Shown one piece after another: positions 41,930 through 55,363 of a stretch of DNA of 64,000 bases. The notes below the pieces were generated by a model. It saw nothing but the letters and a program-made list of their open reading frames with translations. It searched no databases and was not told the origin of the DNA. Location of the stretch: the NCBI RefSeq assembly GCF_006345805.1, contig NC_043008.1, positions 46,748,001 to 46,812,000 on the forward strand. The letters are read 5' to 3'. Position 1 is the first letter of the stretch, and each line of letters begins with the position of its first letter. Position numbers and translations under genes: made by a program. The stretch comes from Octopus sinensis. Lineage: Eukaryota.

Positions 41930-42241
41930 CCAGTTTTAACAATTTTGCTAAATGTGCAAGACATCAGTCCAACTTTCAATTAAAAAAGATGGAAAATTCA
42001 GTTCCCTGAAGACTGGGTTTTCGACCACCATTATCATATTCCTTTCTTCGTTTTGACTGAGACTCATCTTTATCATTCTCACTTAGAACCTGATGTAAAC
42101 GTGAGGAATTATACCACCATTCGCACAGACGACATCGATAGAAAAAGTGGCGGAGTTGTTATTTTCCTACACGACTCATTTAGCGCATATACAAACGTCT
42201 CATTTTCGAATGGTTACTGTGAATCAGTGTATGTGTGGGTG

Positions 42242-42276
<35 letters not shown>

Positions 42277-44690
42277 AACAAGACTAATGATTTAGCGATA
42301 ATTGGGCTCTACAAGGCAACCCAAGCTCCACTACTGTTTCAAAGAATGCCTCATGAATATTAAGTTTTTCATTGGACACTGCGAATCTGATAATGTTTTA
42401 ATAATAGCTGACTTCAATCTCTCGTGATGACTGAAAGTCTCACACCTTCAAGACAAGCACGTGCATTTCAAACCCAGCAGTGGAATCCCTTTTTGAATTC
42501 GTGAACGAGTTTTTTCCTGACCCAACTTGCGCTCGTGCCAACGAGATTCAACACCAACTCATTCGACTTGATATTTAATAACCACACTAACACTATCCAT
42601 AATATTAAAGTAGAAGAAATAAACTCTCCTATCCGACTACGATGTGATTATCTGTAGTTTGAGATACCCGCAACAAAAAGCGACCCTGTATGATCTCGCC
42701 CCAGGACACCCATTTCACCTCCTGGATCTACACAAGCTCACTGGAAGGCAATCACCGACGATGTTGCAATCATTCATTCTTTTATTCCTTCCCTCGTCCC
42801 GAACACCATCAATACGTCCTGGCAAGTATTTGTCGGAATTGTCATAAGTATATATGCAAACATCACATTCCAACACATTCTATGAGCATACACTAACACA
42901 TACACACGCATAAGAGAAGAATACTTAGGAAAATATTAGAGATTTATCGAAAAATCACCCAGCTCATATGTTGCCAGTAGCAAAGCCGTCATTTGACAGA
43001 TATAGATTTACTAGATGCAAATATCTTTTCCTCGAAGACTGCAGAAGAAAAGTTAGGCTGTTCACAAAATATAAGCCAATCCTAAAGGGTTCTTTGCATA
43101 TGTCAAAAAGCATAAGGTCGCTGTATCACCTGTCAGACCTCAGATGATAAAGATGGCACTGTACATGGTTGAGATTATTCACAGTAATACTGCTGCTCCA
43201 CATTCAGCAATCCCAACATGGTTAATCCTGATAGCATCGGTGACAGTACACTTTATTCGATATATCACCTGATGCCTCGTATATCACAGCAGCTATTAAT
43301 AAAATCAGAAATATCTCAGCTGCAAGCTCCAACAGTTTTCCCGCTTGAGTGGCGTCAACAACTGGCATTCTCTTTAGCTATTCTTTGAAGGAAGCCACTA
43401 TTCTTTGAAGGAAGCCATATACTTGAAAATTTCTCATCAGAGTCGATTGTTCCAGTTTTTAAAAGGGCAGCAAATAAATGGCAGTGAATTACCAAACGAT
43501 CTCCCTTGTCTCTCATATCGTGAAATCACTTCAAAGTGCTGGGATCTCAGGTAGCTCATTTCCTGGGAAGAAGCAACCTAATTATTTCCATGGTTTCCGC
43601 AGTCACCGCTCCTGCATCACTTCGATGATATTCTAAAGGCTCAGGGCCCCAACCCAGGTGTCATCTCATTCGACTTCAATAAGGATTTCCACATGGTTGA
43701 ACATAACATCCTCTTAAAGAAACTATCGATCACTGGAGTCCGAAAGAAACTATTAAATTGGATTGAATGTTTTTAGGTGAATAGAACCTAGATTGTAGCG
43801 ATAAATGGAGTTCAATACTGCTCGGCAAGAGTCAACAGGGGAGTCCCACAAGGCAATGTTTTGCGCTCACACCTTTTCAATATTTATATCAATGACATCG
43901 TCGGCGCCACCAAACACACCATCATTAGAATGTTCGCTGATCAAAGCATCTGAAGGTCATGATACCTGATTAATCTCCAATCTCACCTGCTAGCTGTTAC
44001 CCGAAGGGCGAAAAACAAATATGCAGCTAAACGAGCATAAATACGATTTAATTCGCTTTGGTAAAGAGGCTGCACTTAATATACCATGCACTCTTCCCTT
44101 GAGCTAAAACTGTATCGCATCAGACACCGCCTGGCATCTCGGAGTAACTGTCGATAACAATTTAAGCTGGTTTGTCCATATAAACAACAATGTCGACATG
44201 ACCCGCAGGGTGTGGTCCTGGATCCTCTAGAGACACTCCTACCATTCACCTTATCTTCGCCCGGTCTCACTTGTAATACTGTTGATTATTTGGACAGTCT
44301 CACGAAACTCTAAATGTATTCCTTCCGACGTCGACCCGAGCGCTGTGTCATATGCATTATATTCCAATATCACTGCCTAAATGATGTTGGCATCAACTTT
44401 AAACTTCTGGTGAGGCTTGGACCCCGTACTATCCATCCTCTACAAAAGTCCTATCTCATGTCACATCGCAACACAGAATTAATTCATCTCAACTGGTGCT
44501 GCTCTCTTGAAAATACCAAGACACATGAGATAAGAAACGAATCGCCTAATAATTAAACAGTTCCTGCAAGAATATCTCCAACAAAGTGCAGAAAATCACC
44601 TACGTCTGGATATATCTCTGTAAACAGTGACTAATTCCTCGAATTGGATATGGTGCCCAACCAATGACTAATACGAAACAGATTTAAATA
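41930..44690 (+). mobile_element. Decayed CR1-group LINE ORF2 (APE endonuclease + RT); (GT)n tract inside the APE region
   Basis: LLNVQ, IPFFVLTETHL, RKSGGVVIF, IIADFNL; RT: IVPVFK, HGFRSHRSC, FDFNKDFHMVEH, GVPQGNVL, LFNIYIND, MFAD; many stops and frameshifts. Confidence 0.85.
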
Positions 44691-45963
44691 CTTTTTTTCG
44701 GGTGATGCTATTAAATTAGCCATAGCTTGCACTAATGCTGGTCGAAACTTATCTAAGTATCTAAAATGCAATGCAATATAAATTTATAACACTTAATAGG
44801 TGTGTTGACTCCATTCAAGCAGGATGTATATAATTCGTCAAGATCGAAATTCCACGTGAAAAATATTTATGTCAACTGACCGAGAGAAAATAATACAAAA
44901 CGAATGGATGTTTCGGTGAGGCAGTTTCAAAGTTCAAAGCAAATGCTAAGTCTTTCACATGGCGTTTCAAATTAAACATTATATAGTAATGGTAAATATA
45001 GTTTGCATTATAACAGCATATACATCGATATAGAAATACCTACACTTTATACGTTCGTGTATATACACACAAATAACTTTTCATGTCCTTTATAAACGTT
45101 TACATATACTATGCTGCCCTAAATATCATGGAAGCCATACTATATTCAGAAATATATACACATAAAGAGAGAAACAATCCAGTATATACACAAGTGTACG
45201 AACAAAGCCATAACTATGTCTAAACAGAGACAAACATACACACATACCTAATTCATACTTACGTTCAAATATCTCTCTCTCTCTCTATTTATATATATGT
45301 ATATATATATACATGTGTACATAAAGACACGTAATATATGCTTACACGCACACACACATAGACATACTTACACAACACACATATATACATACATATAAAT
45401 TATATATACATACATATAAATTATATATATATATATATACATATATATACATATATATGTACGCAAGAACTCAGTCACTCACGTATATATATACATATAT
45501 ACTTTCATAGGCATGTACATATATTTATACACTTAATACTTATGCAAATACACAGATGAATTTCAGCGTCCATGCAAGTAGATACTATCAAAGGTCAATA
45601 AAGAAAGGTAAATCTCAAGTAAATATAACATGTATACACTGACAGACGCGAAAACTTTATACTAACTTACCTACTTCGAAATAGATATATGCATACACCT
45701 GTATTCATAATGCCACTCTTCTCTAAGGTTCCCAATAGACATCCATGTAAAAAAAATATTTGAAAATAAATAAAAATTCAGAAGGAAGGAGAGGTGAATA
45801 TATTTATTTCCTTATTATCCATGGGTTACAGCCGTTTCGTATCCTTCCGCTTAGGATAATTATTTCCTCTGCATTGAATAAGTGTGTGGCCTGTTAGCCG
45901 AATCCGCTAGTGGAGATTTCTCTAATAGCCACAAGAATCAATGAATCCATATACTTCAGATAT

Positions 45964-46013
<50 letters not shown>

Positions 46014-46027
46014 GCATATACATACAT

Positions 46028-46095
<68 letters not shown>

Positions 46096-46379
46096 GATGG
46101 ATTCTCTTGTGTGAACGATCAGTGTTGTCAGCCTAACTCTACGCTTGCACGATGTTGGTCCCCGAGTTGGTGTCGGTTTTTGCTGAAATCTTTGAATTGA
46201 GGTGCAGCAGATTAAAACCACATAAGATTCTATGGTTAAGTTGACCTCTATTAACATCAAACTTTAAGAATGATAATCATCGGTGATGGATGTTCTGCAT
46301 TCCGAGAATGTTTTCAAATTTGAAAATCTCATTCATTTTTGAAGACGAATAAGCACATGATAGTTAGACTTAGAAGACT

Positions 46380-46680
46380 GGGTTTCTAATTTTGGCACAA
46401 AGCCAACAATTTTGAGGGAACTTGTGAGACGGTTACATCGAGCTTAGTACTCAACAAGTACTTTTCTTATTGACCCCGAAAGGATGAAAATCAACGACGA
46501 CTCGGTGGAATTGGAACTCAGATCCTATCACGCTGGACAAATGCTTAGTAGTATTTGCCTGAGTTCAAATTCCGCGCAAATAGGCTTCACGTTTCATGCA
46601 TTCGAGGTCGACGAAATGGGTCTATGTAATCGACTTACTTCTTCCCCGAAAGTTGTTGGCATTGTGCCAAAATTGTAAAA
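46380..46680. mobile_element. Head-to-head inverted pair of SINE family 1
   Basis: ttttggcacaa near 46390 pairs with ttgtgccaaaa near 46662; gaccccgaaaggatgaaa and tttcatgcattcgaggtcga cores on opposite strands. Confidence 0.7.
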
Positions 46681-47597
46681 CAATATTACAAAGAAAGCCC
46701 TTACATTCAACAATGAAGTACTGAAAATACAATAAATGGTGCTATGGGACAATGTTTCATAATTGTAAACGGGAGACGAACATCGCTTTCCTTACTGCAG
46801 AGGTGTATATGTGTAGAATTCGCTTGAGTTTGTAGGATTCCTGTAGTTCTATTAATAATGTAACTGCTATAAGAAACTTATTTCAGCAACTGAAGAGAAA
46901 AAATAAATAAAAGATTTCCCTATGACATTTCAAGAATGTTGTTTTTTTTAAAAATAATTATTACTTTTTTTCTGGTAATTAATAGTATATGCGTTAAATT
47001 TATTTTATTAAGGACTTATACTGGGATATCTGAAAGATAACATTGGAAAAAGCAGAAATTCAGAGATCATAAATATATTTGTTTAAAAATATATTAAATT
47101 TTGTATACTTCTGCAAAAGTTTCTCTGCAAATGCGATGAAATAGAGTGATATATGAACAGGGTAAATGTCATTCCCTCGAATGATTACAAACTATGCGCG
47201 TGTATGTTTGTGGATATGCATAAGGTGATTGTATCTTTCTAATGTGCTAAGTGATACAGAAAAAAAAACATCAAAGTATCTGGGGATGAAATATATATTT
47301 AAAACATTGTAAACAAATGCATGCGATCGGTTGTGTAATAGACTGCAAAGATACATATACACACACACGCACTAACACACACCGAGAGAGAGGGAGGGGA
47401 TAAATAGATAGATAGGGAGCGAGAGAGAGGGAGAGAGAGAGGGGGCAATAAATGTGTCGACTATTTCCCCCTCGAAATAAATTTTATTCTCGAAATCAAT
47501 TTCTCCCATATGTTGACATTTTCATTTTTATGCTAATTTGTATTGAGACAATTTATTGCCTTCTTTTTATTCCTATGCACATGGAGGCATAATCACA

Positions 47598-47599
<2 letters not shown>

Positions 47600-47647
<48 letters not shown>

Positions 47648-47690
47648 ATACTACTACTACTAGTAGTAGTAGTAGTAGTAGTAGTAGTAG
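47600..47690. repeat. (CTA)n immediately followed by its inverse (TAG)n
   Basis: Loop-less palindrome centred at 47661/47662. Confidence 0.92.
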
Positions 47691-49844
47691 AGACAAAGTG
47701 GAAAATTTTATAGTTGAAAAGGATGTTGATGATCGCCAAGAAGACACCAAATATTTTTATTGATTTTCCAATGAAAGGTAAACGAAATTTCGAAATATAT
47801 ATATGTTCAGTCATATCTTAAATATCGGCTCTACATATAGAGCAATTTTCAAGATGAATTTGTATGTTTGTTTTTTTTTTCATATGAGAAGTTAGGCAGT
47901 AGTTTTATGAAGTTGATGTATACACATTACCAAGATGTGGACAGAGGTTCTTCCAGAATACCTTCTTCTCAGTATTTACTTAAGACACATTGACAGTAGC
48001 TTCAGCAATTTTTAACGATGATGATGTACCACCTCTTATTTCTGATTATACGTAATTTAAACACGTTTGCAATGAATGGATTTCAAACAAAATGGTTTCA
48101 CCCCATAGGATTCATCAGTAATAATAAATATCCTCGTAGAAATAAGATTTCTATAAGTGTTGAATGAGCTTCTTCATTTCTTAGGGAATATGGATATGTT
48201 GTATGTACAAGGGGTGTTAAAGGGTGGATAAATATTCATATTTATAACAATAAAAATTACTTCGATTACCTTCAATAAAAATCCTAAACATAATGAAGGA
48301 AATAAAAACAATGCTGTTTTAATAATTTCACACTCTTTACATACAGCTATACAAACAATGTATAGAAATATATTTTCTAATATAACATAGTGTCTTCTGT
48401 TGTATATTACCGTCAGACTCCGTGCTGTTATTTAGGAATAATTTTTGTCATTGTGTATTTCAATAATGTCTTGTTTAGTTCTGTTTTAGTTTACATTCGC
48501 TAGCTTTTTTCTGGTATTCTGGTGCCTCCAAAACTGAGTAGTTGTAGTAGTAAACTGCGCGAGAGCATTATGATATTTTGAATTGCCTCACGAGAGAAAT
48601 TGGCTGTTAATATTCCATGTATCCTGTTTTTTAGTTTTATTTCCCCTGCGTTAAAATAAAATGCGACCATACTTCCTCACAAACTAAAATGTGTTTGTTA
48701 CATATTTTTTGAAAACTTTCCCTATTATTCTAATCTATATCGCCTCATATACCGTAAGAGCTTGTATTTTTCTTTCAGTTGTATATTATTTTGCCGGTAT
48801 GTTTAGTTTGATTAAGGCATTCTTTCATAACATGGAGTCTTTCATAACATACACTCTTTCATAACATGTTCTTTCAACGCGAGTTTATCTTCTAATCTAA
48901 CATTGAGTATGATTCCATAAGTGCATTAAGTGTGTGTGCCAAACCTCCCATTTCATTGAATTAATTTAGCAAACATTTTCAGTGGATGTGGATTTACTGC
49001 AACGAAAGTTTTGAATAGAAAATTACAAACTCTGAATGTTTCTGCCAGAGAATAGAAATTGCAGATTAGTTCGTATAATTACCATGCTGCAATGTGAAGA
49101 GTTTATTTTCATAAGGTGTAAAGGCCATCAGCCATTAGCGGTTGAGTTAATCGCAGTGAAATAATACATTCTAAGTCACAAATTTGCTCAAATGGGACGT
49201 CGACATTTACTAAGAATGTCGAGGCTCTGACAAAAAATTATACTTTCATATTTGGAAATTTACATTCCTTTCTTCCATTAAATATCATTAAATATCATTT
49301 TGGCTATGGAAGGCTTGCCGCATCAGAAAATACTTCGTGTATGATCGAACTCCTGAATAAAATTTATCATCCTTAACTAAATGAGCACCTATAAATCCAT
49401 GTACATATATGTAATATGTGAGAGGGTGTGTTTATGTGCATATAAGTTTACATGTTTAGCTGCTGGGGAAGCTGGGTAAATGAATGTAGCGGTGATTTCT
49501 CTGTCGTTCTAACATTAATTAACAATATTTTACAGAACACTTATTTAAGTAGGACAAAACTCAGAATATTTCGACCTCATTTCTAATATGCGTTTGTTGA
49601 ATGCACAGCATTTATTTCAAAACTGCAAAGAACTAATGTATCGATACAGTACTTGTTGATTATAAACCGATCGACTCTGTAAAATCATCACACTGACATC
49701 TTGTTAAATTTATGAAAATTCGACCAACGATGCACCGTGTAATGATCTTGCACCTTATCTTCTTTCCAACTTTTACAGAAAATCTCCATGGAAAATATAG
49801 AGTGAGATTCGATGGCTCCAAATTTCCAGCGAGTTTTGTGAACT

Positions 49845-49985
49845 CTGGGTAAGGGGATTATATCGATCCCAATGATCAACACGCAATAATTTTATCGATC
49901 CCCGAGGTTGAACAGCAAATTCGACCTCAGCGAAATTTGAAAGCAGAAGGTAACCACGGACGAAATACGGCTAAGTATTAAAGAT
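49845..49985 (-). mobile_element. Diverged SINE family 1 fragment
   Basis: tcgatccccgagg...tcgacctcagcgaaatttgaa...gacgaaatacggctaag. Confidence 0.6.
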
Positions 49986-50950
49986 TCGAAATAATATAGG
50001 GTGTATATGTTTTTGTTACACGATCCCCAGGAAATATTCTCTGCATGAGTTGACGAGATGCTCTTCGAATCTACTACAAACAATACAACCAATCTGTATC
50101 AATGGTGTATCACCGCACTTAAACTGCTGTCGCTGTTGTTGAATGTCATTGTACTGTACACAGACAGATGCTTATTGCACATTTTAGGCACTGAATAATA
50201 CAAGAGAAAATATACTACCGAGATTTAAACACAATAATCTCAAACGAAACGTGAAAGAAACATTTTAAGAAAGAAATAATAGGAAATATGGCATGACTAC
50301 CGACAAAACATACACTTCAGTATCAACCTCCACAATATCGGAATTCTATCAGTATTCGATGGTGTTGCAGATAAGACTATAGAAATCAGAACAACGAATC
50401 AACAAATTCACTCTATACACGAAACGAATGAGATAAAATCTAGTTCAATAATGCACATGATAACTTCATCAAAACATCATCAAATGAAAAAAAGAAAAAA
50501 AATGTTCGAAAAACTCGTAGAACACAGAAGCAAATCATATCAATATTATTAGTAGCATGTTTTAAAAACCATTCGAAGGAAATACGGCGGATTGCTTTAA
50601 CCGGCTGATATGGAGTGGTGCACTTGTTGCACAAGCTGCTAGAAGTAGTAGCCAAATCCTGCCCAAATATACATACTGTAAGAAACAAGAGGATTGAAAT
50701 CTACAATATATAAATATGATGCAATATTTTGTATCATTGGGTCATGGAGTAGAAAGTACGTATGACTAAACGTAGACTACACTAATATAAAGGCACATTA
50801 GTTTAACGATGCAATACAGCCAGAATGAATATGAATTAGGGGTTAAGAAGAGTACTTCCATTATTGCATTTATTGAGGTGGAACACTGATCCTTTTACGG
50901 GACTCGAGGTAATCGATTTAAGGGATGGCAATATTGGGAAAGCAGAATAA

Positions 50951-51352
50951 GGCGGCGAGCTGGCAGAAGCGATAGCACGCCGGGCGAAATGCTTAGCGGT
51001 ATTTCGTCTGCCGCTACGTTCTGAGTTCAAATTCTGCCGAGGTAGACTTTGCCTTTCATCCTTTCGGGGTCGATAAATTAAGAACCAGTTACGCACTGAG
51101 TTCTATGTAATCGACTTAATCCGTTTGTCTGTCCTTGTTTGTCCCCTCTGAGTTTAGCCCCTTATGGGTAGTAAAGAAATAGGTATTTCGACTGCAGTTA
51201 TGTTCTGAGTTCAAATTCCGTTGAGGTTGACCTCCTTGCCTTTCATCATTTTGGTGTCGATAAATTAAGTCCAGTTGTGTACTGGAGTCAATCTATTCGA
51301 TAGCCACCCACCCCCATATCTCGGGCCTTGTACCTCCAGTAGAAAAGAATAT
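50951..51352 (+). mobile_element. tRNA-derived SINE family 1, well preserved, with duplicated core
   Basis: ggcggcgagctggcag head, gagttcaaattc B-box twice, core gcctttcatcctttcggggtcgataaattaag (resembles the MetaSINE/Sauria-type core from memory; unverified). Confidence 0.85.
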
Positions 51353-51408
51353 TAGGAAAGCAGAATATTCATTACAGATCGTGTGGCTCAGGCCTTGGCC
51401 TTGATTTT

Positions 51409-51462
<54 letters not shown>

Positions 51463-51464
<2 letters not shown>

Positions 51465-51792
51465 TTTTTACTTTTATTTGTTTCAGTCATTTGACTGTGG
51501 CCATGCTGGAGCACCGTCTTCAGTCGAGCCCAGGACTTATTCTTCGTAAGCCTAGTACTTTTTTCTATTCACCACTTTTGCCGAACCGATATGTTACGGG
51601 GACGTAAACACACCAGCATCGGTTGTCAAGCGATCTTGGGGTGACAAACACAGATACACAAACATATACATACATATATTATGTATACGACGGGCTTCTT
51701 TCAGTTTCCGTCTACGAAATCCGCTCACAAGTCACTGAACCTGGAACTGTGCGGTTGGGAAGCAAGTTACCACACATCCACTCCTGCGCCTA
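51463..51792 (-). mobile_element. tRNA-derived SINE family 2 (internally deleted)
   Basis: Homologous to 12094-12508; head ends ccactcctgcgcct on plus strand. Confidence 0.85.
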
Positions 51793-51834
<42 letters not shown>

Positions 51835-51838
51835 TAAT

Positions 51839-52402
51839 ATAAATTAAATATAGAGATATACTATTGACATTCCAATGATTTATTTATATTACAATATTAC
51901 ACTGGATACAAAGAAATATAATATAATATAGCATAAATAATTATAAAAACGATAAGAAGCCAATTTATTGTTTCGACTAATATATAATATATATATATAT
52001 ATATATATTTTCTGATATACATAATCACAGTTCCATTATATGTAAAGTCACTTCAGGTCATGGTTTAGAAAAAGACGAAATTCCGCGAGAAAGGACAGCT
52101 GGATTGTAAAACTTAATTGGAATGTCTACGAATTCATTTTTACAGTCCAGCCGTCGCTTTACACGGAATTTCGTCTTTTCCTAAACCACGACCCTGAAGT
52201 GACTTTATATATAATGGAACTGTGAATATGTATATCAGAAAAAAATATATATAAATCAAAAAGATTAATTGGCCTTTTATGGTTTTTATAATCATTTATG
52301 TTATATAACATTATGTTATGTTATATTCATAGTATTCAATGTAATATTGTAATATAAATAAATTATTGGATTCTCACTGGAATATCTCTATATTTAATTT
52401 AT
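51839..52402. repeat. ~560-bp imperfect fold-back (MITE-like)
   Basis: Arms of ~270 bp with a 25-nt spacer (52112-52136); the inner ~105 bp has about 12 differences by manual alignment. Confidence 0.9.
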
Positions 52403-52572
52403 CTTTGTAAGTGAATTATACCGATATTTATATGGTGTACAACTGACGAGCCAGTGAATTGGATGTTTAACACACCCCTTTGAAGGATTTCTTTTCCTCA
52501 GTTCGTTATTTATATACATATATATAAATATATAGAGAGAGAGAGGGGAAGGGGAGGGAGAGGCAGACAGAC

Positions 52573-52700
<128 letters not shown>

Positions 52701-52828
52701 AGGCACGTAAGTAGATATATATTTTACAGAAATGAGCATGTGTGAAGAGAGAGGACATAGAAATAAAGAATAGGATAAAGATAGAGAGATATTATCTTGA
52801 TATATGAATATATAGAGAGATGTAAAGG

Positions 52829-52859
<31 letters not shown>

Positions 52860-54887
52860 AGAGACCGTTACACATTATTACAGCCCTACATATTTCCGTG
52901 CTTATATAAAATAACGTAAATTATCTAATATCAGCATGATAAAAATTCCCAGACCTGGCATTATTCTCTACCAAGCGCACAGTAAAATCAGTAGAATCGA
53001 TCGAATCTGACATAATATCAATTTGGTAAAATTCTATTCACATTTTCCAGGAATAATAAATAATCAGTGAGACCCCAAAACTGACATTTCATCCGTTTTA
53101 TTCAAATGCTCGTTCACCTTACTTTACATAAGTGTCAATGTATTTAGAAAGTGTAGCATTTATAAGTTTTGCTTCGGAAATAGCCAATATTGCTTTTAGC
53201 GTGCTAATTCCAAAGAATATACTCTGTATGTAACTGATATAGTAACTTATCAACTCAAGTCATCTGTGTAGAATACAATGAAATATCAGGAATTCGCAAA
53301 TAACTTTTTCGAATTTATAACTCCATGCTGTTTCCAAACATCTAAAAATTATACGCAGTTACCTTCAAACAGTCACTAAAAATACTGCCGCAAACAACAT
53401 TGTATTAAGGTCGTAGACATCTGACAAATCGAATTTATACCAGCAGACAAAATTAATCGTTAAAGTTTACTAACTCCATTACAATGACACTAGACAGAAA
53501 TTAATTTCAAGTATACAGATCTTCACGGGAAGTGAAAAAGGAAAGATCAAATATAGATTGGGCCAACAAAAACAAACGACAGCAAAATTATGTGACCCAT
53601 ATATGAGGCTGATTATGTATTATGGGCATCCTGCAATCAGTATTAATACACAATTCACAAAACATAGATGTATTTCAAAAACTATATTTCATGGCTATGG
53701 ATACAAAGCAACACATGCCTTAACAACTAACGTTAAACCTAAAACTTCCCTTACTCGAGCATCTTGTGAAATGAGGCTAGTTTTTTGACTGAAGTGTATA
53801 ACACGTTCAACTCCAATCTTATGCTCGCTTATTTTCACTTTGCCATTTAGCACGTTTCACAATATACAATGTTATATTATTCTCACTTAAACTGAATTTA
53901 ATGTTTATTTCCTCATTTATATAATTCAAAATTTATACAAATATGGTTACTATCAACTTCCACACCGATAATCTTGAATTTCAATTCCTGATTTGATGGA
54001 TCATAAAAAGACTACTGTTTTTCTCTGTGTCATAGCTTGGTAATAACACAACAAAACAATTTCTCAATAATGGGAGAAGCTAATCGGTAAAGCAGAAATA
54101 ATCAGATAGATCTTGTCCAATTCATACTCATGCAATCTCAAATAGCTGACTGTAAGTAAATATCATAAATCGAATTTTGTTTCTAAAGAGTTAAATATAA
54201 ACCTATAATCAGAACCCAGACATCGAAGATTAAACCTTAGCATTTCCCATTATCTCTTTGTGCACGATATATTTACTGGCAAGTGGAATGGACATATCCG
54301 AAACGGGTTTCAACTTTCATATCTTGAAATGTATTCATACAGAAACCATTTGATGAGATAATTCGAAAACACATTTTTAAATAATTTGTTTGTGCGACTA
54401 CACAAACTTTAATTGCATGGAAAAGATAAAAGGATTTCATATGAAAGAATGTAAAATGTTGAAATAATATTTCATTTATGAAAATCAAAATGCTGTTAAT
54501 GACTGTTTACGTAGGATCGGCTTTTATCGGTGGTGGGCAGGGTGGAAATCATTTAAAAATGCAATTGATCCATGAAATCAATATGTACAAAAATATATTT
54601 TAACTACTTAGAGAGTGACTGTGTACCAGCATGTACCTTTGTGGTTGGATTTCATGAAATCATTAGGAGATATAATTCCAATTTAAAATGGAAAGATTAT
54701 TCATGAATTTCGTTAATTACAATTGATACAAGCACACAGGCGCGAGTACGGAGATACACACTCCGATAAATGCAAACTCTGTACACACACACACACAGAC
54801 ACACACACACTGTTATTACATAAACACCTATATAAATGCCAAGCACACATGCAAGATACATACGCACATAATACAATCATGCTTAAT

Positions 54888-54927
<40 letters not shown>

Positions 54928-55079
54928 TTTTATTCCTTTATTTGTCTCAGTCATCTTGACTGCGGCCATGCTGGAGCACCATCCTTGGTTTTTAATTGGA
55001 GAAACTAATCAAGGAATTTTTAAAGCCTAGTACTAGGCTTATGTATGTATGAATACACACCCACACACACACACACACA

Positions 55080-55130
<51 letters not shown>

Positions 55131-55132
<2 letters not shown>

Positions 55133-55311
55133 TCCCGGGTTGAGTCGGGGTTAACCACACTAAGTAAGGTACTGAATACATAGCAGAGTAAATTAATTTA
55201 TTTTATAGAAGGAGCTTCTACAGGACTAGAACTGTTTCATTCAAATGAAATCATCAGGAAGCCTGATGATTTCATTTGAATGAAACAGTTCTAGTCCTGT
55301 AGAAGCTCCTT

Positions 55312-55317
<6 letters not shown>
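55131..55317 (-). mobile_element. Short Penelope pLTR-like unit with inverted duplication, embedded in (TA)n
   Basis: Perfect 56-bp arms 55203-55258 and 55262-55317, 3-nt loop; AATAAA on minus strand at 55197-55202; (TA)n on both sides. Confidence 0.55.
55214..55262 (-). ncRNA. Minimal type I hammerhead ribozyme-like motif
   Basis: gcttc-CTGATGA-t.ttc.attt.gaa.t-GAA-acag.ttctagtc.ctgt-A^gaagc: 5-bp stem I, 4-bp stem III, GUA cleavage triplet; stem II is weak (3 bp, U-U closing). Confidence 0.55.

Positions 55318-55363
<46 letters not shown>

Noticed and set aside
46794-46888. Minus-strand segment with strong splice sites and a cadherin-like YIINRTTGILQTQ text
   Set aside because: All frames from the strong acceptor are closed by stops, and no DRE/DxND cadherin motifs nearby
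48821-48876. CRISPR-like interpretation of the 13-nt repeat array
   Set aside because: Repeats and spacers far too short, no cas genes, eukaryotic context
50501-50563. NVRKTRRTQKQIISILLVACF, resembling a GPCR loop 3/TM6 junction
   Set aside because: Hydrophobic stretch is too short, stops flank it, and no TM5 or TM7 in any frame
50951-51050. tRNA gene call for A/B-box-containing heads (here and in other SINE copies)
   Set aside because: No cloverleaf; the boxes are joined to SINE bodies repeated across the window
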